Part shown: positions 37,701 through 44,300 of the stretch, one piece after another
How the letters are laid out: each line of letters starts with the position of its first letter
Position numbering within the stretch: position 1 is the stretch's first letter
Position numbers and translations under genes: made by a program
Source of the DNA: Mizuhopecten yessoensis
Taxonomy: Eukaryota
Reading direction: 5' to 3'
Length of the DNA stretch: 64,000 nucleotides
Assembly (NCBI RefSeq): GCF_002113885.1
Contig: NW_018404519.1
Span: 224,656-288,655, forward strand
The notes under the pieces: model-generated
Seen by the model: the letters and a program-made list of their open reading frames with translations, nothing else
The model's database searches: none
Told to the model about the DNA's origin: nothing

Positions 37701-40565
37701 TATGTTGATAAGTAGGTTTGGTGTTTCTTTGTCCTGTCCACTCTGGTTTACAGTCATGTTGTTCGTGCAAATGGCATGGCAGTTGAAATCGCCAGCCAAT
37801 ATTACATTTTTACTTTTTGAGTCCAAAATCTTTTTCAGTCCTTTATCCAGTTCCATTAAGTCTATATTGTTTCTATGCGGCATGTAAAAGGAACCTATAA
37901 TGAGGTCCTTGTTTCCCCGAAGCTTGATTTTCACATATTCTACTTCACAGTCTGTAATATATTCTGGTTGTTCAACTGATGTTATGTTTTTTTTCACTAG
38001 AATGAATACACCTCCTCCTAGGGTTCCTCTGTCATTTCTGTATACGTCATATTCGGATGGAAATATTTCGCTAGATTTAATAGCGTCTTTTGTTGGATTG
38101 AGTCCTGGTTTAATTCCTTTCAGCCATGATTCTGTCCCACATACAATGACTGGTTTGATGTATTCTAGTGCAGCTTCCAGTTCTTGTTTTTTTTATCCGT
38201 AATGCTTTGACAATTTACAGTGAGGATTCTGAGGTTACCTTTTTCAGGCAGGTGGAAGATTGAACTTTCATTATTATGTACAAATTTTGGTGTTCCTGAT
38301 GATTTCATACTGCTGTTATTTGTTATCCGTTTTCGGCTACTCGTTTTTTGTGGGCTTAATGCACTTGCAGATGATACACTCTCTAATATTGTGTTTAGTT
38401 CTGATAGTGGTTCGTAGTAGTTGGTACTATTGAGTTCATAACTGTGAAAAGTGAATGAGGTTACATTCAGGCTGTCGCATTTGCAGCAGTACCATTGGAC
38501 ATTTGATCTCTGGAGTAACTCGTAGTCTTTACTGCTGAGTTCAATGCATGATTTGTGGTGCCAGATACTGAACTCGTCACAGCAGACTCCTTGGTTTGAC
38601 CATGTCACTGGAGTTTCACATAAACCGCATGGGTAGACCGGTGTTTGTTTTGGACCTGGGCTAAATTCTATATCGTCAGCAGTTAACATTAATAGTATCA
38701 GAAGAGATCTATTTCTTATGTTTTTTTGAAAGGGGTAGGGTTATTGGTCGCCTTCCCCATGATGACATTCTGTTATTAAGAAGATTGTGGAGCATATAGT
38801 TGTGTTCCTCAGTCTGTGGTGATGCATTCTGAACATATCCAACAAGTAGTAATATGGAAAAGGCAAGGACAAGCATTATGTCGGTCTAGCGAGGAAAACC
38901 CCTTACTTACCAACAACTGCCTATAGACAGTATAGCGCAGAAAAACCCACACTGACTGACCATGCACTTACCATACTTTTCACTCCAGCAGTCTCTGATG
39001 GCTTGTTCAGATATTTTCATCAACCAGGCCCAAGCTAGTAGTTTCCCTGGGTGTATTCCGTCGCTGTAGAGGTTGAAATTGTGATGTTTCCTAGTTTTCT
39101 GAGTTCTGTTTTTTCCGCACTTGTATTTGGATGATACACTCAGGTCTATAGAGAACTCAGGCGAGTGTGTTGCATTTGTGTCGTTTATTGTCATGATCTG
39201 TCTGTTGAGTTCATAAATGTGTCCTGCGAGTTCAATGTCTTGTTCTTGTGTCCTCTGCTTTCGTTCCACTTTTCGATAGAATAAGTTGGTATCTCTAGGA
39301 TCGTCACTTTAGACCCGGGGTACTGTTCCACTGTTGTTGTAATTTCACAGTAGATTGACACAATCTTATTAATTTCCTCCTCAGTGTTTGGGGTTAGCGA
39401 CACAAACTGGTTTTTTTTGCTGGTTATAGGTTACACGTGCCAAGCAAAACATATAGCCAGATGTTACTGTGTCTCTCGATCTTTTTGGAGATGGATGTCA
39501 GCCACTTTAAACTGTCCTCAACTTTCGCACCAGTTTTATTCCACCAGGTGAGTTCCTTTTCGTTGGAATGTAGCGTCTCTCGTTCTAGATATTTACCTTT
39601 ACTGTCCGTCAAGATCACTGGTGTTCGTGATCTGTTACCTTTCTGTTAGGATTCTTTGCCTTGCAAGAAATTTTCTGATCTTGTTCTCGCTCATATCACG
39701 TACTGTCACTAATGTAAACAATCGCCGAAATATGGTAGGTGATGAGTGTTGACAAAACAGTGTTTGATCGAAGTACAGGAGATCAGGTACTAGTCAAGAC
39801 TGAATATTACGATATTCCTCTAAAGTGTAGTCTAGAGAAGCCGTTAATATAAAATTTTTGTAGAATTTTTCAAATAAACGCTAGGAAATATGCGTTTTGT
39901 TGGGTGATGATTCTCACACTTCGAAATTTCGGTCCTAAACCTTGCGCATGCGCACTCTCTCCCTCCTTGTTGCAAATTAAATAAAGTTTATCATATTAAG
40001 GGCTTGACCCTGCCAGGGCCTGTGAATTTTAATCCTGGAATCATGGACATGCTTTTAGATTTTTTTCAAGTTTTATAGCAATTCCCAATTATTTCTCCTC
40101 TGTTAAATCCCCAGTCAGTGGGCCAGGGGATGCAACGTACGTGACATACGTTATTAAACGTGTCGTCTGAATTTATTAAAGAAATTATCGCCTTTCCCTC
40201 TATATAGGTATATTAGGTACTACTATTATCAATACAGACTTAGTTAACGATAATCTAATTCCGTGCTATTACCCATTACATGCAGCTTCACATCCTTTCT
40301 CAAATTCTTCATGTCTCAGAAACTGAAAAATATAAAAGAACTGTATTATGAAAATGGTTTGTAACATTAATGACATCACATATGAGATAAAAATCCTTAA
40401 AATCCATGATTATATTGTTCACATTATCATACAACCACTTAGAGCAGCTTATAATATTCAACCAACTTAGCTTACTTTCATGCCTAGGACATCTCTATAG
40501 AATCTAGCAGTTTCTGTCCTGTTTCCAACTTTGAAGACAAAATGAAGCGCCCTTCTTGTAGACAT
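13718..40565 (-). CDS. GLOD4: Glyoxalase domain-containing protein 4 (complete gene, 10 coding exons, 294 aa)
   Basis: Exons 40476-40565, 40273-40322, 32356-32476, 32030-32168, 27543-27593, 26117-26196, 16029-16115, 15696-15809, 15165-15251, 13718-13783. All introns are GT-AG and phases are consistent (885 nt). Protein [16 protein letters not shown]...[45 protein letters not shown]...[35 protein letters not shown]...AADKSEEWF closely matches GLOD4 as I know it. Confidence 0.97.
13992..14932 (+). mobile_element. HINE/pearl-like element in GLOD4 intron 9 with ~150-bp internal tandem units
   Basis: 5' AACAAGAGGCCCAGAGGGCCTGTATCGCTCACCTG; repeated CCCCTGTGACCTTGAAAG..GGCTCTATCCCAGGA units, with one inverted segment at ~14220-14300; GGACGGACGACGGACG; 3' AAGCTCACTTGCCC..GAGGAGCTAAAA. 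Confidence 0.8.
15165..15251 (-). CDS. GLOD4: GLOD4 exon 9 ([29 protein letters not shown])
   Basis: ttag acceptor and gtaagt donor, 87 nt. Confidence 0.95.
15418..15600 (-). mobile_element. tRNA-derived SINE, decayed
   Basis: Minus strand begins GGGCCGCGGTGGTCAAGTGGTTAAG (A-box-like), has a GGTGGTTTTTCTCCG..ACTTTCCTCCACC core and ends in (AAAC)n. Confidence 0.65.
15696..15809 (-). CDS. GLOD4: GLOD4 exon 8 ([38 protein letters not shown])
   Basis: tacag acceptor and gtaagt donor, 114 nt. Confidence 0.96.
16029..16115 (-). CDS. GLOD4: GLOD4 exon 7 ([29 protein letters not shown])
   Basis: tttcag acceptor and gtgagt donor, 87 nt. Confidence 0.95.
16990..17554 (+). mobile_element. HINE/pearl-like element remnant with ~148-bp internal units (5' end unclear)
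   Basis: Three to four ATTTGACCCCTGTGACCTTGAAA...AAACTTGGTAGCCCTTCA units; GACGCCAGACGCC; 3' CTCACTGGCCCTTCGGTAAGCTAA. Confidence 0.65.
18052..19674 (+). CDS. B-box type zinc finger / coiled-coil / NHL-like beta-propeller protein (RING-less TRIM-like), uninterrupted CDS nested antisense in GLOD4 intron 6
   Basis: Intact 558-codon ORF (17998-19674). B-box-2 pattern [26 protein letters not shown], a helical region, then propeller-like repeats ([29 protein letters not shown]). Likely start is MAEG at 18052, since a CTAAC..ACAG acceptor-like signal lies at 18001-18012; an alternative ATG is at 17998. Confidence 0.85.
   Translation: MAEGGSNQLVHQSVDKPIPGRDAQVPVDVTSRSAQEPLRIRGQTTCPNHLDNEIQYLCQDCNQLACVKCVTSVHQSHTLDDFERKVIPKKELEIKCFIDEDKQTLEKLKAEIDSANIKNEWIASHFAECHQEIEENSKAIAILISKQLEKKQQDLKQVQDENNAKLMKYIEGLICKQSEIGNRIEEYERTLKTGSNIQKYELDMDPNTGAPVTKPLLTNFGFVPTPQDKASTLLEEASGQLTETSKTQGDEIDKIPKLTFCSETKILQEFDVQDVNFKVCNICPVSDEMSWVSCVKSSAVTQVNHAGTILKQVMFDGQVNGICVSPSTGLLWACSSFECSIYNVTSGGRPCPLFMSNTIPWSLCVTQADTVVVGMTGKVKSYTADGKELFSQTIGDAQKATKISECPLTHNLAILTCHLQKDQASFILIVKENLEELFHFQPVLGTRNVVPTDVRYDTMGKLVVAIAGRNQLLYLDDIGKFIKLLYSFQQKFNREAAIGPYLGIDKENTLWAVFYHDHQHACRVQQLKYCRPKKQECSIS
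19631..19800. repeat. 40-bp and 22-bp tandem duplications spanning the stop codon of the TRIM-like gene
   Basis: TTAAGTACTGCAGACCGAAGAAACAAGAGTGCTCTAT(T/C)AG x3, with shorter GAAAC.AGAG.GCTCTATCAGTT units in between. Confidence 0.9.
20790..21025 (+). mobile_element. tRNA-derived V-domain SINE (same family as 24183 and 35281)
   Basis: CTTTCACC...GGTCACCTG...GTGGGTTTTCCCCGGGTACCCGGTTTCCTCC (V-SINE-type core)...GGCCAACAAGAGTGATT...TGTTTCATAATTGTTGTAAAATAAATAAA. Confidence 0.75.
21267..23090. repeat. 27-bp minisatellite (GATCCCGATATGATACATTCCTCAGTC) interleaved with CR1-like LINE fragments, with higher-order duplication
   Basis: About 50 units. The flanking unique segments translate on the minus strand as [24 protein letters not shown] and [24 protein letters not shown]. 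Block ~21790-22025 is repeated at ~22815-23090. Confidence 0.92.
23483..23815. repeat. 71-bp tandem repeat, ~4.5 copies
   Basis: AATGAACAGTCCTCAGAACCTAATGGACTAATGTCTGGGGACTATATATCTCTGCTGTAACATAAGTAGAT units. Confidence 0.92.
24183..24397 (+). mobile_element. Decayed SINE, same family as 20790 and 35281
   Basis: CTTTCACCAAGACAGCT..GGACGTGAAAAGGTA..GGTCACC..GGCCAACAAGAGTGATT..CTTGTTTCATAATTATTGTAAAAT. Confidence 0.7.
25340..25737. repeat. Degenerate ~16-19-bp pyrimidine-rich minisatellite (TCTAGTCATACTTT(T)C)
   Basis: About 20 imperfect tandem units. Confidence 0.85.
26117..26196 (-). CDS. GLOD4: GLOD4 exon 6 ([27 protein letters not shown])
   Basis: tttag acceptor and gtaagg donor, 80 nt, phase-consistent. 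Confidence 0.93.
26752..26984. repeat. 28-bp minisatellite (TCAGACCATAGCTGTTTGGTGACCGTCA) x8
   Basis: Direct tandem units. Confidence 0.92.
27543..27593 (-). CDS. GLOD4: GLOD4 exon 5 ([17 protein letters not shown])
   Basis: tttcag acceptor and gtaagt donor, 51 nt, phase 1-1. Confidence 0.92.
27650..30780. repeat. 60-bp satellite array, ~52 copies, in GLOD4 intron 4
   Basis: GTCT(G/A)TAATACTGGGTGGGTCTGTAATGAAGCATGTGTCTGGATATGTATGTATACTCTA; near-perfect from 27830 to 29590 and diverged toward 30780. Confidence 0.98.
31020..32005 (+). repeat. Diverged ~120-175-bp tandem units, probably the internal array of a HINE-like element
   Basis: Repeated ACTCTGT..GAG(G)CACA.GA..T..TTTCAGTATG and CACATACAAAATTTAATAATTACCTGTGACA..ATATACCCTGGACAAAG; ends with a CAGACGGA..GATGGATGG microsatellite remnant. 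Confidence 0.7.
32030..32168 (-). CDS. GLOD4: GLOD4 exon 4 ([46 protein letters not shown])
   Basis: ttttcag acceptor and gtatgt donor, 139 nt; the SPDGY.F motif is typical of the glyoxalase fold. Confidence 0.92.
32356..32476 (-). CDS. GLOD4: GLOD4 exon 3 ([40 protein letters not shown])
   Basis: tgtag acceptor and gtaagt donor, 121 nt. Confidence 0.96.
33786..35226 (+). mobile_element. HINE/pearl-like element with ~150-bp internal units arranged as ~307-bp dimers
   Basis: 5' AACAAGAGGCCCAGAAGGCCTGTATCACTCACCTGG; about 8 units with CAAAATTGAGTCCCCTT..ATGCTCCAG..CCCTATGGTAGAAG; GAACGGACGATGG; 3' GCTCACTTGCCC-TTCG-GGCAGGTGAAC. Confidence 0.82.
35281..35493 (+). mobile_element. tRNA-derived V-domain SINE interrupted in its tail by a LINE
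   Basis: A-box GTGGCTCAGCTG, B-box GGTTCGATTCCC and core GTGGGTTTTCTTCGGGTACATCGGTTTCCTCC; it stops at CTTGTTTCAT and the tail resumes at ~39967. Confidence 0.8.
35494..39966 (-). mobile_element. Near full-length decayed CR1/L2-group non-LTR retrotransposon (ORF1 SGNH-esterase-like; ORF2 2A-like-PHD-APE-RT)
   Basis: ORF1 fragments [21 protein letters not shown]; PHD CGLC...[12 protein letters not shown]...WYCCKC; [34 protein letters not shown]; [58 protein letters not shown]. Multiple frameshifts and stops; 3' end has a short (ATGTAA)n tail at ~35494-35508. Confidence 0.93.
39943..39954. promoter_or_regulatory. Perfect NRF1-type palindrome TGCGCATGCGCA at the LINE 5' end
   Basis: Exact 12-bp palindrome matching the NRF1/EWG consensus; function is not demonstrated. 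Confidence 0.4.
40273..40322 (-). CDS. GLOD4: GLOD4 exon 2 ([17 protein letters not shown])
   Basis: tttcag acceptor and gtaata donor, 50 nt. Confidence 0.95.
40476..40565 (-). CDS. GLOD4: GLOD4 exon 1 ([30 protein letters not shown])
   Basis: ATG at 40563-40565 and gtaagc donor, 90 nt. Confidence 0.96.
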
Positions 40566-40720
40566 ATTTTAGATTCTTGTTGTGGGTTGTGTGTGATAAA
40601 ATAGAACTGTCAATATTTGCGGAAAGTTAACAGCAGTTGTCTTGATCAGGTAAACGTTTTGGATGGATTTGTGAAATTAAGCACTTTGATAACATTGCTC
40701 ACGTATTTCAAGATGGCTGC
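40566..40720. promoter_or_regulatory. Compact bidirectional promoter between GLOD4 and MRM3; YY1-like CAAGATGGCTGC overlapping the MRM3 ATG
   Basis: Only 147 bp separate the divergent start codons; the YY1-like motif is at 40709-40720. Confidence 0.65.
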
Positions 40721-41320
40721 CTTCATGAGCACATGTGGACGTGAATTGACTTTGCTGTCAAGAACGAAAACATTGTATGCCAGCGTCATTAACAAACAAT
40801 TCAGAGGATACGCCAGAAGGTATAACAGGACTCCTGTTCATGTCCTTACTGCAGATGAGGAAAAACGTGAATTCATTGACAAAAAAGTGGCATTTAGAGA
40901 TAGAATTCGTGACTTCGATAGACGGGATCCAGTGCTTAGTAATCTTACTCAGTCTAAAGACCTAGATCGTTTGAAGTCACTCCCAAAAATAAGAAAACCA
41001 GCATTAGATATGGATGTGTTTCAAGATTGGGAGAACAATCGAAAACCCAAGAGATATACAAATGACAAAAAAGAATTCAATAATCCAAATAATGCTGAAC
41101 GGAGAAATGACTCAAAGAGGAGTAGCTTTACAAAAGATAAGGCCATGCCTGAATACGGAGATAAAGTAAGAAATGAAAAGGGACAAGCCAAGAATAAAGA
41201 GAATAAAAAAGATAAACGATCAGCCAACACAAGTGCCGCGAACAAACGACAACCAGTCGAACAACGAACAATGTCTGGTGTGAAGTATACGATTCTTGGA
41301 TCAGAAGACAAGAAAGTTGG
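40713..41320 (+). CDS. MRM3: MRM3 exon 1
   Basis: MAAFMSTCGRELTLLSR...; donor gtaaga at 41321; phase 2 matches exon 2. Confidence 0.85.
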
Positions 41321-44300
41321 GTAAGAAATGTTCAGTCAGAAGGAACGGTTTCAATTCAAAATCAAATCAAAATCAGAAGTTTTATTTAACGTCGGTATGG
41401 TTAAAAACAATACAACATTAGCTCTAATAAGCTAATATGACTCAGACATGGCCTGGAGAGAGCGAAGCTCGTACATTTGTTTCAATAGTGTAGTATAATT
41501 TTGGAATCATAACATTTAATACCCATTTTAATTCATACAAAATGTACCTATAATTGTTTTTCATTATTATATACTTGAATCTGTTGCTGGGAAAAATCAT
41601 TCATCCTTGTACTTATGTGTGCTCTGTTTTAGAATGATCCACATTCACACTACACCAATATGACGCATAACATATTAGTTTGAAGTTGACTGAGTGTACT
41701 ACAGTACTACTAGACCCGAGGGTTGAGATTCCCCTATCTCACCCACAAGGGGGTGAATGATTCTTTTTCTCTTACCCTGTTCTACCATTGTGTATACACA
41801 ATGTAATGATAACGTTACATGCTAAATTCAGGGTTGACGTGACATTGATGGATTGTTGACGTGACGTCATTGTATTGTTGAAGTGATGTCATGCCAATGT
41901 TATGAAAAGGGGAATCCCCCCGTCACAACCCTAGGGTGAGACAAGGAAATCTCACACCGGTAAAAGTGCGGATACACCTGTCCAGGGTAAGAGAAAAGGA
42001 AATCTCACACCGATAAAAGTAAGGATAAATCTGTCCAGGGTAAGAGAATGGCACATCTCCCACCACTATAAGTATAAAATGAAGATTTTAGATTTTTCTT
42101 TTTAATAATTCAGATAATCCATGTGAAATATCATGAAATTTAATGTTTGTACTGATGATGTAGGTTAAAAATTCCAGGTATCTACAGCAGGACATTCCTC
42201 CTCTTCATCGTCACTGTTGTCATAAAGTTTTTGTAGATACCTAGGGATAGATTGGCATATCAGCTAAAACCATTACTTTGCAAGTGAAGTTTCAGTGATG
42301 ATTGTGTTGGTGGCATTGATGGTCAGTTTCATGATGGACTTGTTGTTCTTGGTTGTCTGTTTATTTGTGATTTTAAATACTTCTATTGTGTCTGATTAAA
42401 TAAATTTTAAAGCCCTTTCTTGGATTTTTTCCATTTTTTGTGTGTTTGTCTCACCGCAAAAGTGCCATGTAAGTGGACAGAAATTAAAATTTGAGAGAAT
42501 AAATGAATGGTATATTGTAAGTTTGCCTAATCTGTTTAGGTGTTTTCCTTTGCGTTTGAGTGAGTTAAGCTGTCTAGATGCTTTTTTGCAGATGTTGGAT
42601 ACGTGTGTATGGAAGTTTAACTGGAAGTCTATGGTGACCCCTAGTAATTTTACTTCTGGTTCACATTTAATGTGTTGTTGCCTATGTTGAAAGTAATTGT
42701 GGGTGATTATGATGGCAGAAGAAAGGTTTGGAGATGCTTTACCTTCTATTGACCTGTCCCCCCATTAAAGAAAACAAAATAATGATTTAAAAAACCCATT
42801 AGAAACTGTAGCAAGACTACTACTGGCAATGATAACCTTCAAGGTGTCAGGGGTAAATATTGTATGCCTGCCCCGGCCCGACCCAGACTAAAAACCTGAT
42901 CTGGTGTAGCATGGTGAAATGAACTGCGGTTCATACTACCAAGTCTATCTATCTATATGTTATACTCCACAGAGACCAAAATGGCTTTAATGCGGAAGGG
43001 GTTGAGTACGCATGCAATACTTAGCTTCGTTTAATCCCAGTTGGTAGGGATTGATGCTTTAAATGCCTCTATTCTTTGTGCCCCGACTGTGATGTCGTCC
43101 AGGTGGTTCCAATCTGTGGCTGTTCGCACAAAGAATGAGTTTCTGTATTGTTCCGTGTTGCTGTTGGGTATTATGACTGCTCTGTTATTGTTCCTGATTG
43201 AATTTGGAATTGGTCTTGATGTCTCGCAGTCCTGGAATATACGTTGTCATGTTTTCCTTTTTCACGTTGGAAATTAATAAAGTCTTTGCTAGGCATTGAT
43301 GTAATTTGCTCCATGAACTGCCCCATGGTGAAATGAAGGGTTCAATCGATTTCTGTTCTGACAAACTTTTTTCCGTTCATTTTCTATAAGTTTACTTCAT
43401 ATTGATGTTTTCTATCTGAAAATCATAAAAATTAAGTCTGGGGTAGACAAACTTTGGATGAGGCAGGGGTGCTTCACTTAACCATTATTGTGAAATGAAG
43501 GGTTTTAGCATTTTCTTTTCTTTTTCTGTTACTTTTTTAAACCAAATCTGTTTTAAGTTTACATCAGTTTGATGTCTTGAATATGAAAATCACAAAAATT
43601 AAGTCTGGGGTAGAGAAATTTAGGATGGGGCAGGGGCGCTTCACTTTACCATAATGGTGAAATGATTATGGTCAGATTCATTATCAGATAGAATACATCA
43701 AATTTAAGTAAACTTTAAAAAAATAAATGGAAACTAGTTTGTCAGAATAGAAATTGATGGTAGCCTTCATTTCACCATGGGGCGGGGCAGTTTATATGAA
43801 CCTGTAGTTCATTTAAGGACTGGTTGTCATATTTTTGACGTTTATTGGCGTGTAAACTATATCTGGCTTGCGATATATTGATTGGTGCGCGTTAGCGCAC
43901 CATGTTAAATATATTGCAAGCCCGATGTAGTTTACACGCCAATAAACGTCAAAAATATGACAACCAATCCTTATATTTATATTCCAAACCAACAATATTA
44001 GTTATGCAATGTTGCGAGTATTGTTAATTGCTGTCTTAAAACTCTTATACACACCGACTGGGTCAGCGGTAAATTGTTCGGAACAGCCGGGTAGTTTCGC
44101 ATTCCACAGTCGTTGTCAAGGGCAACCAGGCCGACAAAAACAATAAACAAGAAAGTTCCACAGTAAACACATCAATTTAATAATTGATTTTTTTTTTATT
44201 TAAATGCATATATGTCAATTACCAATTTGTATACTAACATGTGACCATTTTAATATATGTTGTGGTCATTTAGCGATTTAACTGTCATACAATAACATTT

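Noticed and set aside
40617-40712. N-terminal extension of MRM3 from the ORF track (start 40617)
   Set aside because: It begins at TTG within the 147-bp divergent promoter; the ATG at 40713 has good context (AAGATGG) and starts a presequence-like peptide.
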